DNA of 64,000 bases from Syntrophomonadaceae bacterium (GCA_028692415.1 JAQUXM010000002.1:9204-73203), one strand, 5' to 3'; shown: positions 45,689 through 56,249, counted from the first letter of the stretch. Notes: generated by a model from the sequence alone, not told the origin. Numbers and translations: made by a program.

Positions 45689-46780
45689 TCAATTACTATA
45701 TCTCGATATATTCAATAATAAGCCGACTCCAGCCAGGGTAAACAAGAGAGAAGTACCCCCATAACTGATAAACGGAAGCGTTATGCCGGTAACCGGGAGG
45801 GCTCCGGCTACAACTGCTATGTTAATGGCAGCCTGAAAAGTAATCATGACGGTAATCCCGGCGGCCAGGAGACTCCCAAAAGTATCGGGAGCTTTAATGG
45901 CAATTCTAAAGCCACGCCAGGCAAACAACAAGAATAATGCCAGGACTACAAATACCCCAATAAAACCAAGTTCTTCTCCCAAAATAGCAAAGATAAAATC
46001 GGTATGCTGTTCAGGCAGATAAAAGAATTTTTGACGGCTCATGCCCAGGCCCATTCCAAATAAACCCCCGGAACCCAGGGCATAGAGCGATTGGATCGTC
46101 TGAAAGCCATCTGTCTGGGCATATTTCCATGGATCCAGAAAAGCTATAAATCTTATCATTCGATAGGGTGCTATCGCGATAGCCACTGCTACCGCAGCTA
46201 TTCCTGAAAACGCAATAACCGTAAGATGAGACCAGCGGGCTCCGGCTACCAGCAACATAAAGAAAATTGTCCCCGCCACCACAAACGAAGTACCTAGATC
46301 CGGCTGCAGCATAATCAACCCGCAAATCAATACCAGTAGTCCCAGAAAAGGCAGGATCCCTTTTGCAAACGACTTGATATTATCCAGGTTGATTTCCATC
46401 GTTTTGGCCAGGAATAAAACCATCGCCAGTTTAGCAAGTTCAGAGGGTGAAAAGCGAATCGAACCTACCCCCAGCGAGCGTACTGCCCCTTTTGCTTCGG
46501 TACCTAAAGGTATTACCAGTATAAGGCATATTACTACCAATACAATTAACGGAATGGCCAGGTCTTTGATTCTCAGGTAATTAAGCTTCATGAGCACAAT
46601 TAACGCCAATATACCCAAAATTGCCCACATTAACTGTTTTTTAAAATAATAATAATCATCACCATATTGAACATAGGTAGTGTAGAAACTAGAGCTAAAA
46701 ACCATAACCAAGCCGATACCTAGCAAAGCCATAACTGTTATGAATAATATGAAATCTGGTGGGCCTTTTTTGAGCCGCAC
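45689..46780 (-). CDS. ftsW: SEDS-family peptidoglycan polymerase FtsW/SpoVE
   Basis: 363-aa protein with 10 TM helices, located between murD and murG. Confidence 0.9.
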   Translation of the reverse strand: MRLKKGPPDFILFITVMALLGIGLVMVFSSSFYTTYVQYGDDYYYFKKQLMWAILGILALIVLMKLNYLRIKDLAIPLIVLVVICLILVIPLGTEAKGAVRSLGVGSIRFSPSELAKLAMVLFLAKTMEINLDNIKSFAKGILPFLGLLVLICGLIMLQPDLGTSFVVAGTIFFMLLVAGARWSHLTVIAFSGIAAVAVAIAIAPYRMIRFIAFLDPWKYAQTDGFQTIQSLYALGSGGLFGMGLGMSRQKFFYLPEQHTDFIFAILGEELGFIGVFVVLALFLLFAWRGFRIAIKAPDTFGSLLAAGITVMITFQAAINIAVVAGALPVTGITLPFISYGGTSLLFTLAGVGLLLNISRYSN

Positions 46781-46813
46781 GCCAAATCCCCCTTAAATTA
46801 GAAAGTTAAGATC

Positions 46814-48178
46814 CTATTCCTTGATTATTGAACGTACCGCTTCGCAGAAAAGATCCCCTCGTTGTTCATAGTTGGCAAACATATCCCAACTGGCACAGGC
46901 TGGAGAAAGCATTACCACATCACCCTTTTGTGCGAGTTCATAAGACTTTAATACCGCAGCCTCCAAGTCCTCTACCTCATGTATATTCTTAAAACCAGCA
47001 TCAATGACTGCTGTCCTTATTTCTTGTTTGGCTTCTCCCAGCAGAATAAGCTCCTTAACCTTTTCTTTAATGCCTTTAGCCAAAATATTAAAATGGGAGC
47101 CTTTATTTCTCCCACCCGCAATGAGAATTATGGGCACGTTGAATGATTCCAAAGCGCGCATAACAGATTCCGGATTGGTAGCTTTCGAGTCATTGATATA
47201 AATGACCTCATTATCTACAGCCACTTCTTCCATGCGGTGCCTAACCCCTTTAAAAGTAATTAGGGCTGAGCGAATGACCTCCGGCTGTACTCCCGCTATA
47301 TGCGCCATAAGAACTGCACACAATACGTTTTCCAGGTTGTGCCGGCCACGCAATAACAGTTCCCCAACTGGACAAATAGGCTGCCTTTCATTATTGAACC
47401 TGACGGTGATTATCCCATCCTCCACAAAAGCTCCTGCTTCCAGCATGCGTTCGCTGGAAAAGAAGACTGCTTGGGCAGGGCAGAACTCAGCCATTTTTCT
47501 AAGACTTTCATCCTCATAGTTAAATATGGCATAGTCAGCAGAATCCTGCCTCGCAAATATTTTTGCCTTGGATGCAATATATGATTCCATACTGCCATGC
47601 CGGTCCAAATGGTCAGGTGTAATATTTAACAAACCACAGATATGGGGATGGAAATCGATGCTGGTATCCAGTTGAAAACTGGACATTTCAACGGCTATAA
47701 CGCCTTCCTCAAGGGAGTCCAGCAATGAAGTAAGCGGGATGCCTATGTTGCCGCCCGAATATGCTTTTCTCCCGGCAGTTTCCAATATAAACTGAAGCAA
47801 GGATGTAGTAGTGGTTTTACCGTTGGTTCCCGTAATGGCATATATTTCTACTCCCTCGGCTTTAATCAGATAGGCTAATTCCACCTCTCCAATCACTGGA
47901 ATGCCAGCTTTATAAGCTTGTTTTACCGGTGCAATTTGCAGAGGAACGCCCGGGCTGACCACCAACAAGTCATAATCATCTTTTTCTATTACCGGGTAGC
48001 TCCCAGTGTAGAGCTTTACACCCAGGTCTTTTAACGCTAAATACCTTTCTCCCATTTCCTCAGCACTCTTGCTATCACAAGCACTCAGAACCGCAGCTCG
48101 TTTGGACAATACATTTATTGCCGACCAGCCGCTTCTGGCTAAACCAACCACTAAAATTCTTTTACCGTGAAAATCCAT
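46814..48178 (-). CDS. murD: UDP-N-acetylmuramoylalanine--D-glutamate ligase MurD
   Basis: P-loop ITGTNGKTTTTSL. Position in the dcw cluster. Confidence 0.93.
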   Translation of the reverse strand: MDFHGKRILVVGLARSGWSAINVLSKRAAVLSACDSKSAEEMGERYLALKDLGVKLYTGSYPVIEKDDYDLLVVSPGVPLQIAPVKQAYKAGIPVIGEVELAYLIKAEGVEIYAITGTNGKTTTTSLLQFILETAGRKAYSGGNIGIPLTSLLDSLEEGVIAVEMSSFQLDTSIDFHPHICGLLNITPDHLDRHGSMESYIASKAKIFARQDSADYAIFNYEDESLRKMAEFCPAQAVFFSSERMLEAGAFVEDGIITVRFNNERQPICPVGELLLRGRHNLENVLCAVLMAHIAGVQPEVIRSALITFKGVRHRMEEVAVDNEVIYINDSKATNPESVMRALESFNVPIILIAGGRNKGSHFNILAKGIKEKVKELILLGEAKQEIRTAVIDAGFKNIHEVEDLEAAVLKSYELAQKGDVVMLSPACASWDMFANYEQRGDLFCEAVRSIIKE

Positions 48179-48229
48179 CTATTAACACTCCTGTCAACAA
48201 GCCCAAATCAAACCTTAATTTAATATTTC

Positions 48230-49207
48230 TTAACTTCCTATTCCACTAAAACTAAAAATTCCTAATAAGACAAAAAACAGTGAAGCCACCCAGAAACCTC
48301 TTACAACTCTGGTTTCAGTCCAGCCTATCAATTCAAAATGATGATGCAGGGGAGCCATGCGAAATATTCTGCGGCCGGTAGTTTGATATGATATTACCTG
48401 TAATATAACGCTTAAGGTTTCAATAACATAAACCCCGCCGATAATAATCAAGGCCAATTCCGACCTGGTAATAGCTGCTGCAGCTGCTATCGCCCCTCCG
48501 AGTGCCATGGAGCCCGTATCACCCATAAAAACCCGGGCTGGATGCCGGTTAAAAACCAAAAAGCCCAGACAGGAACCGGTTAATGCCCCGCAGAATATCG
48601 CCAGATTATAATGACCGGTCATAAGCGAAACAATAACGAAAATAGCTGCCACAAAGAAAGTAACCCCGGCAGCCAGACCATCTAGTCCATCGGTAAGATT
48701 AACACCGTTGGCAGTGCTCAGGACTACAATTATGAGAAACGGAATATAAAAAGTGCCCAGATCAATTAGCTGTCCGGTAAAGGGAACAACCACCGCAGTC
48801 CCCCGGTCAAAATAGAATAGCAGCAAGAGCCCAAATAACAGTCCGATTAGAAGCTGCAGTCCTAATTTTTCCCGTGCTCTTAGCCCTAATGAACGCTTTA
48901 GAACTACCTTGATATAATCATCCCAAAAACCAACCGCCCCAAAAGCGAGCATTACCAACACCGCGCTCAATGCTTCAGCACTGGCCCCGGCCATAAGGAA
49001 ACTCGCTACCATTACCGCCGTAATTATAATTATGCCTCCCATGGTAGGTGTACCGGCTTTAGCATAATGACGACTGGGTCCCTCTTCTCTTATATTCTGT
49101 CCAACTTTCAACTGCTTCAGAAACGGTATCATAAATGGACCCATCGCAATCGAAATCAATATGGATATACCTGCGGCCGCCAGTGTATTAACAACATATC
49201 CCTGCAT
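48230..49207 (-). CDS. mraY: Phospho-N-acetylmuramoyl-pentapeptide transferase MraY
   Basis: 325-aa polytopic membrane protein containing NGVNLTDGLDGLA and VFMGDTGSMALGG. Confidence 0.95.
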   Translation of the reverse strand: MQGYVVNTLAAAGISILISIAMGPFMIPFLKQLKVGQNIREEGPSRHYAKAGTPTMGGIIIITAVMVASFLMAGASAEALSAVLVMLAFGAVGFWDDYIKVVLKRSLGLRAREKLGLQLLIGLLFGLLLLFYFDRGTAVVVPFTGQLIDLGTFYIPFLIIVVLSTANGVNLTDGLDGLAAGVTFFVAAIFVIVSLMTGHYNLAIFCGALTGSCLGFLVFNRHPARVFMGDTGSMALGGAIAAAAAITRSELALIIIGGVYVIETLSVILQVISYQTTGRRIFRMAPLHHHFELIGWTETRVVRGFWVASLFFVLLGIFSFSGIGS

Positions 49208-49228
49208 TGTATACCCCCCTCATCCAAT

Positions 49229-50620
49229 TCATTTATTAAATGCCTTGAGCAAATCATCTACCATGCTTTCCAGACCCATCCCGCGGGAAGCTTTAAACAG
49301 CACCGTATCACGCTGATCTATATTATGCATAAGAAACTCCACCCCTTGCTCTTTCGTTGCAAAATGGTGTATCTGTTCCCTGCTCATACCAGCCGCCTCA
49401 GCTCCTTGAGCAATGAATTCGGCTCGTTTGCCGATCGCCAGGAGCATTTCAACTCCATTCTCAGCAGCTGTCCTGCCAACCTCCTGGTGCCCGGCAACTT
49501 CATAATCTCCCAGTTCAAACATATCTCCCAGAACAGCTACCCACTGCCCATCCCCCCTCAATTCACGACCGGTTTCCAGAGCTGCGGCCATCGATAAAGG
49601 ATTGGCGTTATAGCTGTCATTTATAATCATGCCCCCGGCATCCAGCGGGATTATCTGCAAGCGATGACCGCTGGGCAAATATTGCGCCAAACCAGCCTTA
49701 ATGGCTTTCAGTTCTACCCCCAATAAAACTGCAACAGCTACGGCAGCAGCCACATTCCCCGCCAGTCTTTGTGCAGGCAAGGGGAACCAGAGTAACTCAT
49801 CCCTTTCCAGGAGGCGCATCTCAATGCTTATTCCTTGCCTTTCAATTTTTACCTTCTTAATATGAAAATCGCAAAGCGGGCTATAACCAAAGCTATATTT
49901 TTTACAGGTATAAAACGAGGCAGCTTTCAATAATTCCTCATTATCACCATTTAGCACCGCAAAACCTGAGGAATCAAGTGCTGCCAAAACTTCACACTTG
50001 GCTTTGGCTATTTCTTCGATACTGCCCATAGTCTCCAGGTGCACTGCAGCTACATTGGTAATCAATGCGCAATTAGGCCGGGCAATATCCGCTAATCGGG
50101 CAATTTCACCCGGGGCCCGCATGGCTAATTCCAGTACCGCTGCCTGATGTTCACTTGCCAATTCCATAATAGTCAGGGGCACGCCAATATCATTATTATA
50201 ATTACCTTGGGTTTTATGTGTCTTAAACCGCTGTTTGAGACAGCAATCTAAAATATCCTTGGTCGTAGTCTTGCCCACACTCCCGGTTACCGCAATCACC
50301 GGAATGGCAAATTGGCTTCGATAGGCGCGAGCTAAATCTTGCAGGGCCCTTAGTGTATCACTAACCATAATCAAAGCCTGGTCTTCGAGATATAATAGCT
50401 GATCAGACGATTTCGAAACAACTGCCGCCGCCGCACCTTTACTAAAAACTTCATTAAGAAAACTATGCCCGTCAAAGTTCTCACCTTGCAGTGCGAAAAA
50501 AAGCTGACCCGCCTTCATATGGCGGGAATCGGTTGATACTCCGTTGATCGAAGATTTGGAATTACCACCCAGCAATATGCCTTTAACACAATCACAAACA
50601 AAATCCAGTTTCAAATCCAT
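49229..50620 (-). CDS. murF: UDP-MurNAc-tripeptide--D-Ala-D-Ala ligase MurF
   Basis: P-loop VTGSVGKTTTKD. Located between murE and mraY. Confidence 0.92.
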   Translation of the reverse strand: MDLKLDFVCDCVKGILLGGNSKSSINGVSTDSRHMKAGQLFFALQGENFDGHSFLNEVFSKGAAAAVVSKSSDQLLYLEDQALIMVSDTLRALQDLARAYRSQFAIPVIAVTGSVGKTTTKDILDCCLKQRFKTHKTQGNYNNDIGVPLTIMELASEHQAAVLELAMRAPGEIARLADIARPNCALITNVAAVHLETMGSIEEIAKAKCEVLAALDSSGFAVLNGDNEELLKAASFYTCKKYSFGYSPLCDFHIKKVKIERQGISIEMRLLERDELLWFPLPAQRLAGNVAAAVAVAVLLGVELKAIKAGLAQYLPSGHRLQIIPLDAGGMIINDSYNANPLSMAAALETGRELRGDGQWVAVLGDMFELGDYEVAGHQEVGRTAAENGVEMLLAIGKRAEFIAQGAEAAGMSREQIHHFATKEQGVEFLMHNIDQRDTVLFKASRGMGLESMVDDLLKAFNK

Positions 50621-50622
50621 TA

Positions 50623-52089
50623 TTACTCTTTCCTTTGCAAATACTCGGCCGCAATCTTGCGATCATCGAATTCCAGAACCTGATCCTTTACCAGTTGATA
50701 AGTCTCATGACCCTTGCCGGCAATAATCAGCAAGTCGCCAGCTTTGGCCAGGTGGATGGCATGGTGGATGGCTTCCCGGCGATCCGTAATGATAGCATAA
50801 CGAGAGCCTTCCACTCTGTCCAGACCCGGTATAATATCAGCAATTATGTCTTCCGGTTCCTCACTCCGTGGATTATCGGAGGTAACAATGCAAAAATCAC
50901 TGTAACGGGCCGCAATCTCACCCATTAAGGGTCTTTTACCCCGGTCCCGGTCTCCGCCACAGCCAAAAACGCTTATGAGGCGATGCTTGGCTATTTGCTT
51001 GGCAGTCAGCAATATATTCTCCAATCCATCCGGGGTATGAGCATAATCGACTATCACGGTAAAATCTTGCCCACAATCCACTTTTTCAAATCGACCTGGG
51101 ACTCCTTCCACCTTTTCCAGGGCAGATTTAATAGTTGCCAGACTTACCCCTTCGCCAAGCGCACAAGCAACCGCTGCCAGCACATTGTAAACACTAAATA
51201 ATCCTACCAACTTAATGTTTATGTTTACTGATTGAGTTTGGTGATGAATGGTAAATTGACTGCCCCTAAGATCGATGTTTAAATCAGCAGCACGAACATC
51301 AGCATCGTTGTTCAATCCATAGGTATAATAGCGTGAAGCTGCAAGATTTTTAAAATATTCACCATAGGGATCATCAGTATTTAGCACGCAAAAGTTATTC
51401 TTGTCCTCAGCAATCATGGCAAAAAGTTTAGCCTTGGTATTTCGATAATTTTCCATGTTATGGTGATAATCAAGATGATCTTGAGTCAAATTGGTGAAAA
51501 CCGCCGTATTAAACGAGATTAAATCAACGCGGTGGAGGTCAAGCGCATGCGATGATACTTCCATTACTACATATTCAGCGTTTTGTTTAACACAGTAACT
51601 GATAAAATCTTCAATTTCCAAAGCCTCCGGTGTGGTATGACCAAGTTCCTTTGAATAATCCCCCATACGTGCATAAAGTGTCCCCAGGATACCGGTCGTT
51701 TTCCCTGCTTCTTCAAGAATGGCCTGAATCAGGTGGGTGGTAGTAGTCTTCCCATTGGTGCCAGTTACCCCAATTACCTTTAAAGCTCGGGAAGGCTGCT
51801 GGTAAAAGTTCGATGCCAATCTCGCCATAGCCTGGCGAGTATCAGGGGTTATGAGCAGTGCTGCCTGCTGGGTAATATCAAGTTTCCTTGCGGCCAGAAC
51901 AGCTACGGCACCATTCTTAATCGCCTGCTCAGCAAACGCATGGCCATCGCTCCTAAATCCGCTTATACAAACAAATAAATCCCCATCGCTTACTCGACGG
52001 GAATCATAAGCAATCCCAGTAATTTCTGTATCCATTTGACCCTTTAGGAGCTCATATTCCAAACCCTCTAATAAATCTCTCAAGCGCAA
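50623..52089 (-). CDS. murE: UDP-MurNAc-L-Ala-D-Glu--2,6-diaminopimelate (or Lys) ligase MurE
   Basis: P-loop GVTGTNGKTTTTHL and a C-terminal DNPR motif (VTSDNPRSE). Confidence 0.92.
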   Translation of the reverse strand: MRLRDLLEGLEYELLKGQMDTEITGIAYDSRRVSDGDLFVCISGFRSDGHAFAEQAIKNGAVAVLAARKLDITQQAALLITPDTRQAMARLASNFYQQPSRALKVIGVTGTNGKTTTTHLIQAILEEAGKTTGILGTLYARMGDYSKELGHTTPEALEIEDFISYCVKQNAEYVVMEVSSHALDLHRVDLISFNTAVFTNLTQDHLDYHHNMENYRNTKAKLFAMIAEDKNNFCVLNTDDPYGEYFKNLAASRYYTYGLNNDADVRAADLNIDLRGSQFTIHHQTQSVNINIKLVGLFSVYNVLAAVACALGEGVSLATIKSALEKVEGVPGRFEKVDCGQDFTVIVDYAHTPDGLENILLTAKQIAKHRLISVFGCGGDRDRGKRPLMGEIAARYSDFCIVTSDNPRSEEPEDIIADIIPGLDRVEGSRYAIITDRREAIHHAIHLAKAGDLLIIAGKGHETYQLVKDQVLEFDDRKIAAEYLQRKE

Positions 52090-52116
52090 ACCTCTGCCTC
52101 CTTTCTGCAGGTTAAT

Positions 52117-54231
52117 CTATTCTCCTACTGGTTGAAACTTAACCTTGATAACTGATCCGTTGCTAACTATTTTACCGGCCACCGGTGATTGTTCATAAGC
52201 CAGACCATAACCATCGGGAACCAGATGTAATCCCAAATCTGCTAAAATTTTGGCTACTTCTTTAATTGATTTACCCTGTAAATCGGGAATGGTAATTTCC
52301 CCACCTTTTTTGGGTTCAAGCGGAGACATATCAATGATTACCTGAGCCCCCCGGTCTATTTTACTGCTGGCTTTGGGAGTCTGTTGCCAAACAATGTTGC
52401 CACTGCCATTTATTTTCGCCTTTAAACCCCGACTGTTTATTAAGGATAAAGCTTCAGACAAGGGCAGGTTTACCAGGTCCGGTACCAGGATTTTATCTAC
52501 CTTTTCTTTTGTTTCCTCTATTTCAGCAGAATTATACATGGGTATTTCCCAGTAATGGAAGACATCTTTAACTATTTCCTTAAATGCCGGGGCTGCTATC
52601 CAACCACCGAAGATGAGACTGCCCTTGGGGGCATCAACAACAACAATAGCTACCAGATGCGGGTTGTTAGAGGGAGCAAAGCCAATAAAAGAAACGACAT
52701 TTTCGTTGCTCATATATTTCCCATCGGGTCCAACCTTTTGCGCAGTGCCAGTTTTTCCCGCTATCCGGTAGCCTTCCAGATAGGCTTGCCGCCCAGTTCC
52801 ATTGGTCACTTCACCTTCGAGCATAACGCATAGTTCCTTGGCTACATCTGGTGAAATTACCTGTTTTACCAACTGGGGTTCAATCTTTTTAATAACTTTG
52901 CCATTGTTATCAACGACCTGTTTTACCATGTGCGGTTTCATCATCTTGCCCTCATTCGCCACCGCCGATACGGCAGTAATGAGCTGAATTGCAGTAACCG
53001 CATTAGATTGGCCCATAGCCATGGTGGCCAGGTCAATCTGTTGGGCACGTTCTTTAGGAACCGTGATTCCAGCCGCTTCGCCGGGCAGGTCTATTCCGGT
53101 AATTTTACCAAATCCGAAAGCGTTCAGGTACTTATAGTAATTTTCCATGCCTATTTTTTGACCAATCTGTACAAACGCCACATTGCACGATTTTTCAATG
53201 GCCTCTGCAAAAGTCATGCTGCCATGGGGCTTCTTGTCCGGGCAGCCAATAGTCTCGACGCCAACCTTTATATAACCGGGACAGAAAAAACGGCTTTCGG
53301 CATTTACCACCTTTTCTTCCAATGCCATGGCTGCCGTAGTAATCTTCATCGTTGAACCCGGTTCATATACATCATTGATGGCAAAATTCCTCCGGTTGCT
53401 CACCGGATAATCCGAAAAGCTGTTGGGGTTATAGGTGGGCCGGGAAGATAAAGCCAGGATTTCTCCGGTAGCCGGGTCCATAACTATGGCCGCTGCAGAT
53501 TTAGCCTTGCGTTCCTTAAAAACCCTGTCGAGTTCGCGCTCCGTAATATATTGAATGGTTTCATCGATGGTCAATATCAGATTGGCGCCGTCCACCGGCG
53601 GGATGAATTTGTGAGTAGCTTCCGGTATGGGCCGGTTAACCGCATCATGCTCGATTATTATCCGTCCCTTGGTACCTCCCACCAGATCGTTATAGTAATA
53701 ATCGATTCCTTCCAGTCCTGTGTTGTCTATTCCGGATATGCCCAGGACATGGCTGGCCAGTGTTCCCTTTGGATAATAGCGGCGGCTCTCCTCAGTCAAG
53801 CCGATACCAGACAACTCCATGTTTCTAATCAACTTGGATTTTTCGGGTTCTATCTGCCGTTTAATCCACTCAAAAGAACTGACGCGAGTTAGACGCTGAT
53901 AGAGTTGATCTTCATCCATATCCAGGATCTGGGCCAGTTTTTTGGCTGTTTCTCGTTCCTTGCCGCTGCGGCATACTTCGGCGGGAATAGCATAGACGGA
54001 ATCAGCACTTACTGATATGGCCAGTTCACGCCCATTCCGGTCATAAATGATGCCCCTTTTCGATTCCACCGGTACGTCCCGCATTCGGTTTTGCAGGGCT
54101 TTTTCGGAAAGTTCCGCACCGCGGACAAACTGAACCCAAAAAACTCTGCTGCCTAATAAAATAAAACCCAGTGTAAACAAGAAAAAAAGCGTAGCTATAC
54201 GCTTTCTTACCGTTAACCCGGTGGTTTGCAT
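52117..54231 (-). CDS. Class B penicillin-binding protein (FtsI/PBP2B/SpoVD type) with two C-terminal PASTA domains
   Basis: SxxK motif (GSTMK), KTGT motif (GKTGTAQK), an N-terminal TM helix, and two PASTA-like repeats at the C-terminus. Confidence 0.92.
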   Translation of the reverse strand: MQTTGLTVRKRIATLFFLFTLGFILLGSRVFWVQFVRGAELSEKALQNRMRDVPVESKRGIIYDRNGRELAISVSADSVYAIPAEVCRSGKERETAKKLAQILDMDEDQLYQRLTRVSSFEWIKRQIEPEKSKLIRNMELSGIGLTEESRRYYPKGTLASHVLGISGIDNTGLEGIDYYYNDLVGGTKGRIIIEHDAVNRPIPEATHKFIPPVDGANLILTIDETIQYITERELDRVFKERKAKSAAAIVMDPATGEILALSSRPTYNPNSFSDYPVSNRRNFAINDVYEPGSTMKITTAAMALEEKVVNAESRFFCPGYIKVGVETIGCPDKKPHGSMTFAEAIEKSCNVAFVQIGQKIGMENYYKYLNAFGFGKITGIDLPGEAAGITVPKERAQQIDLATMAMGQSNAVTAIQLITAVSAVANEGKMMKPHMVKQVVDNNGKVIKKIEPQLVKQVISPDVAKELCVMLEGEVTNGTGRQAYLEGYRIAGKTGTAQKVGPDGKYMSNENVVSFIGFAPSNNPHLVAIVVVDAPKGSLIFGGWIAAPAFKEIVKDVFHYWEIPMYNSAEIEETKEKVDKILVPDLVNLPLSEALSLINSRGLKAKINGSGNIVWQQTPKASSKIDRGAQVIIDMSPLEPKKGGEITIPDLQGKSIKEVAKILADLGLHLVPDGYGLAYEQSPVAGKIVSNGSVIKVKFQPVGE

Positions 54232-54251
54232 AAGGCCACCTCATCCTCTTA

Positions 54252-54731
54252 TTAATTATTATTGGATGCCAGACGCGTCAAACTGGCATATATTCTTTCC
54301 AGGGATTTTCCTTCCCCAATACTGTTTGCTTGTTTCGCTAGTTTTACCGGTTGCTTATTCGCCTCAACCATTACCGTGAAAGAAGTATCTTTTTCTGGTT
54401 TGCACATGCCCAACTCGTTGGTCGCTACAGTCTCAATTCGATCCAGGGAGCTTTTTTCAGCAATTTGGTACCCCATCTGCTGTTTGGCAGTCTCCATTTT
54501 ACCGATTTCGTTTTCCAGACTAACTATCTGGTATCCCAGAGTTGAGGATTTTATACATAGATAAACAATACTCAGCGCAATTAAAAATGCAGCTATACTA
54601 CATTTAATAGCCAGGCTTTTCCTGGTATCGACCCTTTTTACCGTCCTTCTGATCTTTTTAACCCGGTTGAACTGTTCATAAGCTGGTTCCCTATCCAAGA
54701 CCCTGGCATAACCGTACTGCGCCTGTAACAT
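54252..54731 (-). CDS. ftsL: Cell division protein FtsL-like
   Basis: 159 aa with a single TM helix followed by a coiled coil. Located between rsmH and the PBP gene. Confidence 0.75.
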   Translation of the reverse strand: MLQAQYGYARVLDREPAYEQFNRVKKIRRTVKRVDTRKSLAIKCSIAAFLIALSIVYLCIKSSTLGYQIVSLENEIGKMETAKQQMGYQIAEKSSLDRIETVATNELGMCKPEKDTSFTVMVEANKQPVKLAKQANSIGEGKSLERIYASLTRLASNNN

Positions 54732-54770
54732 ATTCTTATTCCGCCCTCCTTAAATATATACCTTAAATGT

Positions 54771-54829
54771 CGGAAGAAACTGCGGCCCAGTTTCTTCTGC
54801 ACCGTTGCAACGAGGCGATACCTCGTTAT
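54771..54829 (-). repeat. Structured intergenic repeat 'R', copy B (short form; rsmH-ftsL spacer)
   Basis: Sequence cggaagaaactgcggcccagtttcttctgcaccgttgcaacgagg-cgata-cctcgttat. Both termini and the first hairpin are present; the ~70-nt core is absent. Confidence 0.75.
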
Positions 54830-55752
54830 AATTTGCTGGCAACCCTCAGTTTTGCACTGCGAGCGCGAGGATTGGCTAAACATTCATTTTCGCCGGGGAC
54901 TATTGGCCGTCGGCTTATAATTTTCAGCTCCGGTTTTTGGCCACATATACACAAAGGCATGCCGGGTGGGCAAGTACAGCCTTTGGCTTTTTCCTGGAGA
55001 AACCTCTTGACCATCCGGTCCTCCAAGGAATGGAAGGTTATGATGCACAATCTGCCGCCTGGCTTCAATGCTTCCAAGGCCTGGGGCAGAACCCCTTGCA
55101 GGGCATCCAGTTCGCTGTTCACCGCTATCCTTAACGCTTGAAAGGTTCGGCGGGCTGGATGCTTATCCCTGCGGTAGGCCGCCGGTACCGCAGCTTTTAT
55201 AATATCCACCAATTCCAAGGTGGTTTTGATATCTTGCTCACGTCTATAACTTGCTATAGCCCTAACTATTCTCCGAGCGTATCTTTCTTCGCCATATTCA
55301 AACAAAATTTTCACCAGTTCCTGCTCCGGGTAGTTGTTAACCATATCCCGAGCAGTCAATTCCTGCTCCCGGTTCATTCTCATATCCAGGCTGGCATCTT
55401 CATGAAAACTAAATCCGCGTTCGGCATCATCCAGTTGAAATGATGAAACCCCAAGGTCAATCATGATGCCATCAAGCTGATGGATATCAACTTGATTTAA
55501 AATCGCTCCAAGATGGCGAAAATCACCGTGAATAAACCTTATCCCTGCTCTGGGGATTTCTTTGCTGCACTGCTCAAGTATTTGCTTATCCTTGTCAATG
55601 GCCAGCACCTGAGCATCATCTTCCAGAAGGCTCAGCATTCGCCGCAGGTGTCCCCCGCCTCCCATGGTACAGTCACAATATATGCCATGTGGATTGAGCA
55701 CCAGGGATGAAACAGTCTCTTCCAACAAAACGGGCTTGTGCATAAATTCCAC
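54826..55752 (-). CDS. rsmH: 16S rRNA m4C1402 methyltransferase RsmH (MraW)
   Basis: Starts HKPVLLEETV and contains the SAM-binding site CDCTMGGGGH. Follows mraZ. Confidence 0.95.
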   Translation of the reverse strand: MEFMHKPVLLEETVSSLVLNPHGIYCDCTMGGGGHLRRMLSLLEDDAQVLAIDKDKQILEQCSKEIPRAGIRFIHGDFRHLGAILNQVDIHQLDGIMIDLGVSSFQLDDAERGFSFHEDASLDMRMNREQELTARDMVNNYPEQELVKILFEYGEERYARRIVRAIASYRREQDIKTTLELVDIIKAAVPAAYRRDKHPARRTFQALRIAVNSELDALQGVLPQALEALKPGGRLCIITFHSLEDRMVKRFLQEKAKGCTCPPGMPLCICGQKPELKIISRRPIVPGENECLANPRARSAKLRVASKL

Positions 55753-55754
55753 TC

Positions 55755-56186
55755 CTAAATACCCAGGTCGACCAAACTTTCAGCGATTTCCTCAAATGAA
55801 GACCCGGCTTTATCTGTATATTCTGCCCATTTATCGACTGACCAAATCTCAATCCGGTTACCCACTCCGATTACCACCACATCCCGGTCAATACCCGCAT
55901 AATCCCTTAAATTAACTGACAGTACAGTTCTGCCTTGCTTGTCGAATTCCAACTCAGCGGCACCCGAGAAAAAAAAGCGCACAAAGGATCGCACATCCGC
56001 TCTGGTTACGGGGAGTGAACGTAGTTTCTCTTCTATCGCTTGCCATTCATTCATGGGATAGAGGAAAATACAGTTATCCAATCCCTTGGTTGCTACAAAT
56101 TTCTCGCCCAACTGCTCACGGAAACGGGCGGGAATGGTAATTCTCGCCTTGGTATCCAGTGAATGCTGATATTCGCCCAAGAACAT
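55755..56186 (-). CDS. mraZ: Transcriptional regulator MraZ
   Basis: 143 aa, MFLGEYQHSLDTKARITIPARFRE, with duplicated SpoVT/AbrB-like halves. Confidence 0.95.
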   Translation of the reverse strand: MFLGEYQHSLDTKARITIPARFREQLGEKFVATKGLDNCIFLYPMNEWQAIEEKLRSLPVTRADVRSFVRFFFSGAAELEFDKQGRTVLSVNLRDYAGIDRDVVVIGVGNRIEIWSVDKWAEYTDKAGSSFEEIAESLVDLGI

Positions 56187-56217
56187 TTGTTCTTCCCCTT
56201 CTGCAAAAATTTCTGGG

Positions 56218-56249
56218 ATTATACTCCACTTTTCTCCACTTCACTCCAC
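56218..56249 (-). promoter_or_regulatory. Putative Pmra -10 box abutting three GTGGAG direct repeats at exact 10-bp spacing (candidate MraZ operator)
   Basis: Minus strand reads GGTGGAGTGAAGTGGAGAAAAGTGGAGTATAAT. The boxes are at 56224-29, 56234-39 and 56244-49; the TATAAT is at 56218-23. The site lies 32-63 nt upstream of the mraZ ATG. Confidence 0.55.
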
